Below are positions 29,039-41,301 of a stretch of DNA of 58,796 nt, in pieces. The stretch covers positions 1 to 58,796 of the forward strand of contig JBQTIP010000209.1 in the NCBI GenBank assembly GCA_052388025.1. The letters run 5' to 3'. The number at the start of each line of letters is the position of its first letter. Within the stretch, counting starts at the first letter, position 1. This DNA comes from Actinomycetota bacterium (GTDB taxonomy: Bacteria > Actinomycetota > UBA4738 > HRBIN12). Both the position numbers and the translations under genes were made by a program. The notes under the pieces are model-generated. The model had not been told where the DNA came from, made no database searches, and worked only from the letters and a program-made list of their open reading frames with translations.

Positions 29039-30196
29039 GTGGCCCGGGTCGACGCGAGGACGAAGAACCTCACCCGCCGCATCCTCCCCGGCGAGGTAGC
29101 CGTGATCGATCACGAGGACGTGGACCGGGTGTCGGCGGAGGGCCTCGTGGCCTCGGGCGTGGCGGCCGTCCTCAACGCGGCGAAGTCGATCAGCGGCCGG
29201 TATCCCAACCTCGGTCCTTTGATCCTGATCCGGGCCGGTATCCCCCTGATCGACGCGGTGGGTCCGCTCCTCATGAGGAAGGTGAACGAGGGAGACGTGA
29301 TCCGCCTGGAGGGAGATCGCGCCTACGTCGAGGACAGCCTCGTGGGTGTGGGGATCCTGCAGACCGAGGCCTCAGTGGAGGAGGACATGCGCCGCGCCAA
29401 AGAGGCGCTGGCGGATCGGTTCGAATCCTTCGCGAGGAACACGGTCGACTTCATGCAGAGGGAACGCGATCTGCTGTTCGGCGGCTCGGGTCTGCCTGCG
29501 CTGGATCTCGACCTGAGCCACCGGCCGGTGCTCGTGGTCGTTCGCGGCTACAACTACAAAGAGGACCTAGCGGCCCTCCGGCCCTACATCCGGGACGTGG
29601 GTCCGGTGCTAGTCGGCGTCGATGGGGGCGCCGACGCGCTGCTGGAGACGGGGTATGTCCCCGACCTGATCGTCGGGGACATGGACAGCGTGTCGGACGG
29701 GGCCCTGGTGATGGCGAACCCCGGGCGCCGCCGGCTCCGTCGCCGGCGACCGACTGAGGTGATCGTCCACGCCTACGCGGACGGGCGCGCGCCGGGGAGG
29801 GTTCGGCTGGACGGCCTGGGCATCCCGTACAAGGTGGTGGAGGCTGCGGGCACGAGCGAGGACCTGGCGTTCCTCCTGGCCCACGAGAAGGGCGCCGAGC
29901 TGATCGTGGCCGTGGGCAGCCACGGCAACCTCCGTGAGTTCTTGGACAAGGGACGAGGAGGTATGGCGAGCACGTTCCTGGTTCGACTTCGCGTCGGGGA
30001 GATCCTCATGGATGCCAAGGGCGTGTCGCGCCTGTACTCGGGTCGGATCCGGGGGTGGGACACTCTGCTGCTCGTGGGATCGGCGCTGTTCGCGATGGTG
30101 ATGGTGGTCGTCATCTCGCCGCCGCTTCGCCTCTACGTCTCCCAGCTGTTCGAACAGTTCCAGCAGTGGCTCTTCCAGATCAAGGAGCTGTTTTGA
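29039..30196 (+). CDS. steA: SteA-like putative cytokinetic ring protein (thiamine-pyrophosphokinase-like domain plus C-terminal TM)
   Basis: GVARVDARTKNLTRRILPGEVAVIDHEDVDRVSAEGLV...SISGRYPNLGP resembles Rv1697/Cg1603 family proteins. The start is uncertain. GTG 29039 is the first canonical start after the nadK stop in this frame. Confidence 0.75.
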   Translation: MARVDARTKNLTRRILPGEVAVIDHEDVDRVSAEGLVASGVAAVLNAAKSISGRYPNLGPLILIRAGIPLIDAVGPLLMRKVNEGDVIRLEGDRAYVEDSLVGVGILQTEASVEEDMRRAKEALADRFESFARNTVDFMQRERDLLFGGSGLPALDLDLSHRPVLVVVRGYNYKEDLAALRPYIRDVGPVLVGVDGGADALLETGYVPDLIVGDMDSVSDGALVMANPGRRRLRRRRPTEVIVHAYADGRAPGRVRLDGLGIPYKVVEAAGTSEDLAFLLAHEKGAELIVAVGSHGNLREFLDKGRGGMASTFLVRLRVGEILMDAKGVSRLYSGRIRGWDTLLLVGSALFAMVMVVVISPPLRLYVSQLFEQFQQWLFQIKELF

Positions 30197-31128
30197 TCTC
30201 GTTTCGGTACCACCTGGTCTCGATCGTCGCGGTCTTCCTGGCGCTGGGGCTCGGCCTGCTTGCCGGGACCAGCGTGCTGGACCAGGAGCTCATCAATCGG
30301 CTCAGGGACCAGACCGAGGACGCCCAGACACGCTCGGCTGAGCTCCGGACCCGGGTGGGGGAGCTCCAGTCGCAGATCGGGCAGCTCGAGGGCTTCACGG
30401 AGGCGGTACTGCCGTACCTGGCCACCGGCCGGCTCAGCGGCCGGGAGGTCATCATCCTCACCCAAGAGGGTGTCGATGGCGCCGTGCTCGCTGAGGCGCG
30501 GGACGCGCTCGACGCCGCCGACGCGCTCGTGGTCGCCGAGCTCGCCGTCACACCCAAGATGGCGTCGTCCGACGCGGGGGCCCAGCAGGAGCTCGCCGAT
30601 GTGCTGGGCATCCTTGCGCCGGCCGACCCCGGCAGCCTCCCTCTGCAGGCTGCCACCGCCCTGGCCGAGCGTCTCGCGACCGAGACCGGCCTAGAGACGG
30701 ATCCCGCGGCTCCAGACCTGCTGCGGGACCTGCTCGCGCAGAACTTCCTGATCCCCAATGGCTCCGGCATCTCCGACGCGACGATCGGGGAGATCGGCGG
30801 CGGAGGGCAGGTCGTCGTGGTACTAGCGGGAGGTCAGTCGGAGCCGTTCCTCGCCCCGGAGTCCTTCATGGTACCGCTGGTCACGACCCTCGTGGTACGC
30901 GGAGTCCCGGTGGCGGCCGCAGAGGGCACGGAAACGACCTACCCGTTCGTGGAGCTGCTCCGAGCCGGCGACGCGGCGGCGATCGGCGCGATCGTGACGG
31001 TCGACGACCTCGATAGGACGATCGGCGGCGTCGCCCTCGTGCTCGGGCTGCAGGAGCTGGTCACGACGGGCCACGGCGGCGATTACGGTGTGAAGGACGG
31101 CGCGGCCCTCATCCCTCCCCTCCCGTGA
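30193..31128 (+). CDS. SteB/MctB-like (copper transporter MctB family) membrane protein
   Basis: TTG 30193 overlaps the steA stop. LISFRYHLVSIVAVFLALGLGLLAG N-terminus followed by a coiled coil, as in Rv1698-family proteins. Confidence 0.75.
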   Translation: MISFRYHLVSIVAVFLALGLGLLAGTSVLDQELINRLRDQTEDAQTRSAELRTRVGELQSQIGQLEGFTEAVLPYLATGRLSGREVIILTQEGVDGAVLAEARDALDAADALVVAELAVTPKMASSDAGAQQELADVLGILAPADPGSLPLQAATALAERLATETGLETDPAAPDLLRDLLAQNFLIPNGSGISDATIGEIGGGGQVVVVLAGGQSEPFLAPESFMVPLVTTLVVRGVPVAAAEGTETTYPFVELLRAGDAAAIGAIVTVDDLDRTIGGVALVLGLQELVTTGHGGDYGVKDGAALIPPLP

Positions 31129-31801
31129 CGCGCCCCCGGATCGTCGCGCTCCTAGCGGCGCGTAACGAGGGGGCGCGTATCGGGGACACGGTGCGTTCCC
31201 TACGTTGCTTTCCGGAGCTGACCGAGATCGTCGTGGTCGACGACGGATCGAGCGACCGTACGGCTTCGGCTGCGCTTGCCGCCGGCGCCACGGTGCTCTC
31301 GATCCCGCGGCGAGCGGGGAAGGGCCGCGCCCTCGAGGGTGCGCTTCGTCGCCTCCCTCCTGCCGATGCGTGGCTTATGGCCGACGGCGATATCGGGGCC
31401 TCGGCCGTCGGCCTGCAGCCGGTGCTTGCCGAGGTGCTCGAGGGAAGGGCCGAGCTGGCGATCGCCGTGCTTCCGGCGGCCGTAGGGGGAGGCTTCGGCA
31501 TCGTGAAGCGCATGGCGGGGCGGGCGATCCGTGCGGCGTGCGGGTTCGACCCTTCGGAGCCGCTCTCCGGACAGCGCGCCGTGACGGACGGTTGCCTCCA
31601 AGCCTGCCGCCCGCTCGCCCGTGGGTTTGGGGTGGAATCCGCCATGACCGTCGACGCGGTCCGGGCCGGTCTGCGGGTTGTCGAAATCCGCGCGGATCTG
31701 TCGCACCGGCCGACCGGCCGGAGCCTCCGTGGTTTCGCTCATCGGGGGAAGCAGGGGCTCGACATCGTGCGGGCCCTGGGCCCGCGGCTCCTCCGGCTCC
31801 G

Positions 31802-31805
<4 letters not shown>
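31125..31805 (+). CDS. glycosyltransferase family 2 protein
   Basis: IVALLAARNEGARIGDTV...IVVVDDGSSDRT...GKGRALEGAL. 4-nt overlap with the upstream gene. Confidence 0.8.
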
Positions 31806-34343
<2,538 letters not shown>

Positions 34344-34466
34344 GCATCCGCAACGCCACCACCATGCTCGCGCTGCTGCTCTCCGTGGAGAAGCTCGAGC
34401 AGCGTTGAGGCGTCGGTTCGGTCCAGTAGTCTTGAACCGCCACCTTCTCAGGGGAGGGCACCGAGA

Positions 34467-35591
34467 GTGATCATCGGGATCCCGCGAGAGGTAAAGGACA
34501 ACGAGTACCGCGTCGCGGCTACGCCGGAAGGGGTTCGCGAACTGAGGCAGGCGGGCCACGACGTCGTGGTCGAAGCCGGCGCCGGGGCCGGATCGGCGCT
34601 CCCCGACGAGCAGTTCGTCGCCGCGGGCGGACGGATCCTCCCGGCGGCCGACACCGTGTTCGAGGCTGCCGACATGATCCTCAAAGTGAAGGAGCCGCAG
34701 GCCTCGGAGTACGAACGGCTGCGCGAGGGACAGATCTTGTTCACGTACCTTCATCTGGCTGCCGGCCGGGAGCTGACCGAGCTCCTCATGGACCGCAAGG
34801 TGGCCGCGGTCGCCTACGAGACCGTCCAAGGCCAGGACGGCCGGCTGCCGCTCCTCGCGCCGATGAGCGAGATCGCCGGGCGCATGGCGCCGCACGCGGG
34901 CGCGACGTACCTGGAGCGCCCCAAAGGCGGGCGGGGCGTGCTGATGGGCGGGGCTTCCGGGGTGGCGCCCGCTCGTGTCGTGGTGCTCGGCGCGGGGATG
35001 GCCGGGACGAACGCGGCATGGATCGCAGCGGGGATGGAGGCCGAGGTCACGATCGTCGACAAGAACGTCGACCGGCTCCGGCTCGTAGACCAGATCCAAC
35101 GAGGGCGCATCCAGACCGAGATGAGCAGTGCCCTCGCCGTCGAGCGGCTGGTGCTCGGGGCCGACCTGGTGATCGGCGCCGTGCTCGTGCCGGGGGCGAG
35201 GGCCCCGAAGCTAGTAACGGAGGAGATGGTCGCGGCCATGCAGCCGGGCTCGGTGATCGTGGACATCTCGATCGACCAGGGCGGATGCGTGGCGACGGCG
35301 CGGATGACCACCCACTCCGACCCCACCTACACCCTCCACGACGTGGTGCATTACTGCGTCGGCAACATGCCGGGGGCGGTGCCGAGGACGTCCACCTATG
35401 CGCTGACGAATGTCACGCTTCCATACGCCCTCGCGATCGCGAGCCAGGGTCTGGAGGAGGCGGTCCACCGCGACCCCGCGCTCGCGGGGGGCGTGAACGT
35501 ATACGCAGGCCAGGTCACCAATCCGGGCGTTGCCGAGGCGCACGGGCTTGCACACACGGAGATCCGTGAGCTCATCGACGGCCGGGGCTGA
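34467..35591 (+). CDS. ald: alanine dehydrogenase
   Basis: 374 aa. MIIGIPREVKDNEYRVA, VVVLGAGMAGTNAA. Confidence 0.93.
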   Translation: MIIGIPREVKDNEYRVAATPEGVRELRQAGHDVVVEAGAGAGSALPDEQFVAAGGRILPAADTVFEAADMILKVKEPQASEYERLREGQILFTYLHLAAGRELTELLMDRKVAAVAYETVQGQDGRLPLLAPMSEIAGRMAPHAGATYLERPKGGRGVLMGGASGVAPARVVVLGAGMAGTNAAWIAAGMEAEVTIVDKNVDRLRLVDQIQRGRIQTEMSSALAVERLVLGADLVIGAVLVPGARAPKLVTEEMVAAMQPGSVIVDISIDQGGCVATARMTTHSDPTYTLHDVVHYCVGNMPGAVPRTSTYALTNVTLPYALAIASQGLEEAVHRDPALAGGVNVYAGQVTNPGVAEAHGLAHTEIRELIDGRG

Positions 35592-35618
35592 GGGAGCTGG
35601 TCGTGGAGGCGATCGTCG

Positions 35619-36563
35619 GTGCGTGACGCCCTCTCTTCTCAGATCGATCGGTTCCTGGATCACCTCGCCGTCGAGCGAGGGCTCTCGACGAACACTATCG
35701 CGGCGTACCGCCGGGACCTCGCTCGTTACGCGTCGTTCCTCGGAGATCGAGGCATTCCCGACGGCAGGAAGGTGGACGACCTCACAGTGGCAGCGTTCGT
35801 GGCCCGGCTCTCTTCCACGACCCTCGACGGCGGCAAGCGGTACCGTGCCTCCTCGGTGGTCCGCGCGCTCTCGGCGGTGCGGACCTTCCACCGGTTCCTG
35901 ATGCGCGAAGGGAAGGCCCACAGGGATCCCTCCGCGGGGGTTGTTCGACCGAAGCTGCCGCGTGCCCTGCCTCGGCCGCTTCCAGTGGAGGACGTGGAGA
36001 GGCTCCTCACGACTCCTCACGAAGAGACCGCTGCCGGGCTACGCGACCGGGCGGTCCTGGAGACGCTCTACGGAGCGGGGCTGCGGATCTCGGAGCTGGT
36101 GGGACTCGACGTCGACGACGTGGATCTGGAGGAGGGGAGCGTCCGAGTGCTCGGCAAGGGCGGGAAGGAGCGGGATGTCCCGCTCGGACGGTACGCGCGG
36201 CGGGCGATTGGCGCCTACCTGACGACGGCGCGTCCCTCGCTGGCGACGCCCCGGTCCCGGGCGGCTCTCTTCCTCAATCAGCGCGGCGGGCGCCTGACCC
36301 GGCAGGGCTCCTCGAAGCTTGTCGCGGGGCACGTGAAGCGCGCGGGGATCGTGAAGCGGGTCACCCCGCACACGCTGCGGCATTCGTTCGCGACGCACTT
36401 GCTTGAGGGCGGCGCCGACGTCCGGGTGGTGCAGGAGCTGCTCGGACATGCGAGCGTGGCAACCACCCAGATCTACACGCTCGTCACGAGGGAGCACCTT
36501 CGTGAGGTGTACTTCACCGCGCATCCGCGGGCGCGCCGGACGACGTCGGCGGGCGGGACGTGA
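35619..36563 (+). CDS. xerD: tyrosine recombinase XerD
   Basis: 314 aa. HTLRHSFATHLLEGGADVRVVQELLGHASVATTQIYT. Housekeeping context, no flanking repeats. Confidence 0.88.
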   Translation: MRDALSSQIDRFLDHLAVERGLSTNTIAAYRRDLARYASFLGDRGIPDGRKVDDLTVAAFVARLSSTTLDGGKRYRASSVVRALSAVRTFHRFLMREGKAHRDPSAGVVRPKLPRALPRPLPVEDVERLLTTPHEETAAGLRDRAVLETLYGAGLRISELVGLDVDDVDLEEGSVRVLGKGGKERDVPLGRYARRAIGAYLTTARPSLATPRSRAALFLNQRGGRLTRQGSSKLVAGHVKRAGIVKRVTPHTLRHSFATHLLEGGADVRVVQELLGHASVATTQIYTLVTREHLREVYFTAHPRARRTTSAGGT

Positions 36564-36925
36564 CGCGGGTGTTCGACGAGGGGACGATCTCGCAGCTGCG
36601 CGCCGGACTGGAGGAGCAGCGTAAGAACCTGCGCACCGAGATCCTGAAGCAGGGAGCCGACCCCGATACCGACGACACCTCGATCGACGTAGAGCGAGGC
36701 TTCGCCGACAGCGCTCACAGCACGGCTGAGCGAGCCAGGGTCATCGCCGTCGTGAGGGCGCTTCGCACGAACCTGCGCGACGTCGACCGGGCCCTGACCA
36801 AGATGGACCTCGGCACGTACGGCGTGTGCGAGCGCTGCGGCAGCCCGATCGATCCGGAGCGACTGGAGGCGCTTCCTTGGGCCATCCTGTGCATCTCCTG
36901 CAAGCAGAAGGGCCTGGGGAGATGA
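36560..36925 (+). CDS. DksA/TraR-family C4-type zinc-finger protein
   Basis: 121 aa. CERCGSPIDPERLEALPWAILCISC. Confidence 0.8.
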   Translation: MTRVFDEGTISQLRAGLEEQRKNLRTEILKQGADPDTDDTSIDVERGFADSAHSTAERARVIAVVRALRTNLRDVDRALTKMDLGTYGVCERCGSPIDPERLEALPWAILCISCKQKGLGR

Positions 36926-36956
36926 GGCCGCGCTGACCCCCGCCCGCACGCCCCGC

Positions 36957-38114
36957 GTGCTGATGCTCGTATGCGACTCCTTCGGGGTGGGCGGTGCGCC
37001 CGACGCGGAGGCATACGGGGACGCGGGGTCCGACACGCTCGGGAACTGTTCCCGGGCCGTTGGCGGCATCCATGCCCCGAACCTCGCCGGGCTCGGCCTA
37101 GGCCTGCTGACGGACATCGAAGGAGTCGAGCCGCGAGCCGATCCCGGGTCCGCTCACGGCCGCCTGACCGAGCTCTCGGCGGGCAAGGACACCACCACGG
37201 GGCATTGGGAGATGGCCGGGGTCGTCCTCGACCGTCCCTTCCCGGTCTATCCCGACGGGTTTCCCGAGGAGATCGTCCGGCCGTTCGAGGAGGCCATCGG
37301 GCGCGAGGTGCTGGGAAACAGGCCTGCATCCGGGACGGAGATCATCGCGGAGCTGGGAGAGCGACACCTGAAGACCGGCAATCCGATCGTGTATACGAGC
37401 GGGGACTCCGTCTTCCAGATCGCCTGCCACAAGGACGTCGTGGCCCTCGCGACGCTCTATCAATGGTGCCGGGTGGCACGGCGGCTGTTGGTCGGTGAGC
37501 ATCGGGTCGGGCGCGTAATCGCACGCCCGTTCACGGGAACGCCCGGGCAGTTCACGCGAACGCCCGAGCGGCGCGACTTCTCGGTGTCGCCGCCCCGCCC
37601 CACGCTGCTCGACTTCTGCCGCGACTCGAGCGTGTCCGTCTACGGCGTGGGGAAGATCCAGGACATCTTCGCCGGGCAGGGCCTCACGGAGGGCCGTTAC
37701 TCGGACTCGAACGACGACGGCATCGACATCACCCTCGAGTTGCTCCGGCGACCGGCGTCGTCATTGATCTTTTCGAACCTCGTGGACTTCGACAGCAAGT
37801 ATGGGCACCGGAACGACCCGGCCGGATACGCGGCGTGCATCGAGCGGCTCGACAGGCGGCTGCCGGAGGTGATCGGTGCGCTGGACGGGGGACTGATGCT
37901 CCTGACCGGCGACCACGGCTGCGACCCGACGACGCCCTCGACCGACCACTCTCGGGAGCGAACGCCGCTGCTCGTGGCCGGGCTGTCCGGGGGGCCCCTG
38001 GACTTGGGAGACCGGTCCACGTTCGCGGACCTCGGGGCCACGGTGGCCGATCTCCTTGGGGTAGAGACTCAAGGTCTGTCCGGAGCGAGCTTCGCCTCGG
38101 AGCTCATGTTGTGA
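36957..38114 (+). CDS. deoB: phosphopentomutase
   Basis: 385 aa. VCDSFGVGGAPDAEAYGDAGSDTLGN, TGDHGCDPT. Confidence 0.9.
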   Translation: MLMLVCDSFGVGGAPDAEAYGDAGSDTLGNCSRAVGGIHAPNLAGLGLGLLTDIEGVEPRADPGSAHGRLTELSAGKDTTTGHWEMAGVVLDRPFPVYPDGFPEEIVRPFEEAIGREVLGNRPASGTEIIAELGERHLKTGNPIVYTSGDSVFQIACHKDVVALATLYQWCRVARRLLVGEHRVGRVIARPFTGTPGQFTRTPERRDFSVSPPRPTLLDFCRDSSVSVYGVGKIQDIFAGQGLTEGRYSDSNDDGIDITLELLRRPASSLIFSNLVDFDSKYGHRNDPAGYAACIERLDRRLPEVIGALDGGLMLLTGDHGCDPTTPSTDHSRERTPLLVAGLSGGPLDLGDRSTFADLGATVADLLGVETQGLSGASFASELML

Positions 38115-38138
38115 AGGTCTCACTCTGGTCTCAGGCTT

Positions 38139-38159
38139 TATCGAGGGTTGAGAGTTGTC
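38139..38159 (+). repeat. 21-nt leader motif TATCGAGGGTTGAGNNTTGTC (copy 1, upstream of deoA)
   Basis: 19 of 21 positions match 49578-49598, including an identical 14-mer. Both copies sit in intergenic leaders. Confidence 0.5.
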
Positions 38160-38247
38160 CCGGCCCTACCCGGGGGAAGGACCCTATCTTTGAACCTCTC
38201 GGGAACAGACAGGCAATCCACGCCCGTAGCCGGAGGGGGGCCTCACG

Positions 38248-39561
38248 GTGAGCCCGGCCGATCCACGCGATGTCGTCGCCGCCAAGAGGGATGGGAAGTC
38301 TCTTCATCCGGACGAGATCCGGAGGTTCGTGGAGCTTTACGTTAGAGGTGAGATTCCCGACTACCTCGCTTCCGCGTTCCTAATGGCCGCGTACATCCGT
38401 GGGCTGGACGCCGAGGAGACGCTCGCATTCACGCAGGCCATGATCGAGTCCGGGGACGTGCTCCCACTCGGCGGGATCTCACGGCCGAAGGTCGACAAGC
38501 ACTCGACAGGAGGCGTAGCCGACGGGGTGACGCTGGTGTTCGCGCCGCTCGCGGCCGCGCTGGGCCTCGCCGTGGCCAAGCTCTCGGGCCGGGGGCTCGG
38601 GCACACGGGCGGCACCCTTGACAAGCTCGAATCCATTCCGGGCTTTCGCGTCGACCTCTCCCCTGAAGGGCTCGAGCGGCAGGTGGAGGCCGTGGGCTGC
38701 GCCGTGGCGGCTCAGAGCGCCGATCTGGTACCCGCGGACGGCGCATTCTACGCACTCCGGGACGCGACCGCCACCGTGCCCTCGATCCCGCTAATAGCCG
38801 CCAGCGTCATGTCGAAGAAGCTCGCGGTCGGAAGCGATCTGGTGCTGCTCGACGTGAAGGCGGGGAGCGGGGCGTTCATGAAGACCCCGGAGGGCGCGTC
38901 GGCCCTTGCGAAGGCGTGCGTCGAGCTCGCCCGCGGATGGGGCCGGCGGGCCCGCGCGGCAGTTACGGACATGTCCCAGCCCCTTGGGGAGGCCGTGGGC
39001 AACGCACTCGACGTCGCCGAGGCCGTGGCCGTCCTGTCCGGACGGGCCAGGGGGCGGCTGCGCGATCTGTCGATCGTCTTCGCGGCCGAGGCTCTCTCTC
39101 GCCTTGGAGGAGTGGGGATGGGGGAGGGGAAAGCACGGGCCGCGGCCGCCCTGGACTCGGGCCAGGCGCTCGATCGGTTCCGCCGGATGGTCGAGGCGCA
39201 GGGAGGCGAGCCGCGCGTCGTGGACGACCCCTCGTCGGTTCTCCCGGTAGCACCCGTCACCCTGCCCGTCGTCTCCAGCGCCTCGGGGTTCCTCGCCGCG
39301 GTCGACGCCGAGGCGATTGGGCGGGCGAGCGGAGACCTCGGGGCCGGCCGGAGACGAAAGGGCGACCCGATCGACCCGTCCGTCGGTATCGTGTTCCGGC
39401 CCAAGGTGGGGGATCGGCTCGAGAGCGGTCAGGAGGTCGCCACAGTGCATGCGAGGGACGAGGACGACGCCGAGGACGCCGGCCGCCGGATCCTGGGTGC
39501 GCTCACGCTCGCGGATCGGCCGGTGGATCCCCCGCCGCTCGTATACGGCTGGTTCCAGTAG
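38248..39561 (+). CDS. deoA: thymidine/pyrimidine-nucleoside phosphorylase
   Basis: 437 aa. KRDGKSL, DKHSTGGVADG, SGRGLGHTGGTLDKLE. Confidence 0.92.
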   Translation: MSPADPRDVVAAKRDGKSLHPDEIRRFVELYVRGEIPDYLASAFLMAAYIRGLDAEETLAFTQAMIESGDVLPLGGISRPKVDKHSTGGVADGVTLVFAPLAAALGLAVAKLSGRGLGHTGGTLDKLESIPGFRVDLSPEGLERQVEAVGCAVAAQSADLVPADGAFYALRDATATVPSIPLIAASVMSKKLAVGSDLVLLDVKAGSGAFMKTPEGASALAKACVELARGWGRRARAAVTDMSQPLGEAVGNALDVAEAVAVLSGRARGRLRDLSIVFAAEALSRLGGVGMGEGKARAAAALDSGQALDRFRRMVEAQGGEPRVVDDPSSVLPVAPVTLPVVSSASGFLAAVDAEAIGRASGDLGAGRRRKGDPIDPSVGIVFRPKVGDRLESGQEVATVHARDEDDAEDAGRRILGALTLADRPVDPPPLVYGWFQ

Positions 39562-39570
39562 GGGACCCCG

Positions 39571-40218
39571 ATGGAGAACGTCAAGTTCGCGCTGTTCCTG
39601 CTCGTCGCGCTCGTGCCGAGCATGATCCTGCACGAGTACGCTCACGCGGTCACAGCCGATCGCCTTGGCGACCCCACGCCCCGGCGGTGGGGCCGCCTTG
39701 GCTTCAATCCAAAGCCCATGATCGACCCGTTCGGAACCATCATCCTTCCCGGGCTCATCCTGCTGCTGGTGGCCTCGGGACACGGCCTCGCCCTGCTTCC
39801 GATCTTCGCCTACGCGAAGCCGATGCCGGTCGATCCCTCATATCTGAAGAACCGCGCCCGTGACACGACGCTCATCGCGCTCGCAGGTCCCCTGACCAAC
39901 CTGGCTATCGCGGCGGTCGCGGGAATCCTGCTGCGTTTGGACTCGAGCGGCGATCTCCGACTTTTCGCCTACGCGGTCCTGGTCGTGAACCTCTTCCTGT
40001 TCGTCTTCAACCTCATGCCGGTTCCGGGGCTCGACGGGGCGAAGATCCTCGCCCGTTTCCTGCCTCCGCGTCCCCGCGAGGTCTATACCGGGCTCGATCA
40101 GTACCTGGTGCTCTTCATCCTGGTGATCTTCTTCCTGCTGGCCGGGCCGCTGCTCGCGGTCGTTCGGGCGCTGGCGGGCGGCGTGTGCGCCGTCCTCGCC
40201 GGCAGCGCCAACTGCTGA
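39571..40218 (+). CDS. site-2 protease family (peptidase M50) membrane metalloprotease
   Basis: 215 aa. HEYAHAV (HExxH), NLMPVPGLDG. Confidence 0.85.
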   Translation: MENVKFALFLLVALVPSMILHEYAHAVTADRLGDPTPRRWGRLGFNPKPMIDPFGTIILPGLILLLVASGHGLALLPIFAYAKPMPVDPSYLKNRARDTTLIALAGPLTNLAIAAVAGILLRLDSSGDLRLFAYAVLVVNLFLFVFNLMPVPGLDGAKILARFLPPRPREVYTGLDQYLVLFILVIFFLLAGPLLAVVRALAGGVCAVLAGSANC

Positions 40219-40329
40219 CCACCCGGACGGGGCGATGCTCCCGGGAACCCGGGCGGCCCGCGCTATCATCGCGGCATCGAGACCGAGCGTGCCTCCACGA
40301 CGTCCACGAAACGGGATCGGAAGGCCAGG

Positions 40330-41301
40330 GTGGTCACCGGGTACCGGCCGACCGGACCTATGCACATCGGGCACTGGTTCGGCAACGTCTTGAACATGCT
40401 CCGGCTGCAAGAGGAGCACGACGACGTCTTCTACTTCATCGCCGACTGGCACATGCTCACGACCCACTACGAGCAAACCGAGGAGCTGGCCGAGAACGTG
40501 CGCGAGCTCGTGCTCGATCTGCTCGCGGCCGGCATCGACCCGGAGAAGGCAACGCTCTACCGTCAGTCGGACATCTCAGAGGTCGCGGAGATGATGCTTC
40601 TGCTCGGGATGATCACGCCGCTCGGGTGGCTGGAGCGCGTACCGACCTTCAAGGAGCGACTGCGCGACATGGCGGGGCGGGACATCGCGAACTTCGGCTT
40701 GCTCGGCTATCCGGTCCTGCAAGCGGTCGACATCGCGATCGTGAAGGGCGAGCTGGTGCCGGTGGGGGAGGACCAGGTGCCGCACCTCGAGCTCTCCCGG
40801 GAGATCGTTCGGCGGTTCAATCGCCTGTACGAGCCGGTGCTCGTCGAGCCGCAGGCGCTCCTGTCCGATGCCCCCGTGATCCCGGGCTCCGACGGCCGCA
40901 AGATGTCGAAGTCGCTCGGCAACGACATCCGTGTCCGCGACGAGGCCGAGGCCATCCGGGCCAAGGTTCGAACGTTCATTACCGATCCACAGAAGGTCCG
41001 GCTGGGCGACCCGGGCCGCCCCGAGATCTGCCCGATCTTCGCCCTTCACCGGCAGCTGTCGAGGGACATCCTCGAGTGGACGGAGGAGAACTGCCGCTCC
41101 GGCGCGCTCGGTTGCGTGGAGTGCAAGGGGAACCTCGCCGATCGCATCATCGATCACTACGGGCCGTTCCGCGAGCGACGGGAGGAGCTGGAGCGGAGCC
41201 CGGAGCTTGCGAACGACGTGCTCGCGGCGGGGGCCGCCAAGGTGCGTCCAGTCGCAGGGGAGACGATGAGGGCGGTCCGGTCGGCCATGCACATGGGATG
41301 A
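40330..41301 (+). CDS. trpS: tryptophan--tRNA ligase
   Basis: 323 aa. TGPMHIGHWFG, GEDQVPHLELSREI, KMSKSLGN. Confidence 0.93.
   Translation: MVTGYRPTGPMHIGHWFGNVLNMLRLQEEHDDVFYFIADWHMLTTHYEQTEELAENVRELVLDLLAAGIDPEKATLYRQSDISEVAEMMLLLGMITPLGWLERVPTFKERLRDMAGRDIANFGLLGYPVLQAVDIAIVKGELVPVGEDQVPHLELSREIVRRFNRLYEPVLVEPQALLSDAPVIPGSDGRKMSKSLGNDIRVRDEAEAIRAKVRTFITDPQKVRLGDPGRPEICPIFALHRQLSRDILEWTEENCRSGALGCVECKGNLADRIIDHYGPFRERREELERSPELANDVLAAGAAKVRPVAGETMRAVRSAMHMG

Noticed and set aside
35619-36563. Tyrosine recombinase as a marker of an integrated mobile element
   Set aside because: The sequence and context (after pyrG, before scpAB) fit housekeeping XerD. No flanking direct repeats, tRNA target or cargo genes are present.
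40185-41297. N-terminal 370 aa of the 625-aa ORF 40185-42062
   Set aside because: This part is an out-of-frame overlap of trpS with Arg/Gly/Pro-rich junk. Only the portion from ATG 41298 (scpA) is credible. The same reasoning applies to the upstream extensions of pheS (2948), pheT (3886), nadK (27804), steA (28550), steB (30055), the GT4-like gene (31205), pgsA (47831), hpt (51712) and gcvPB (55404).
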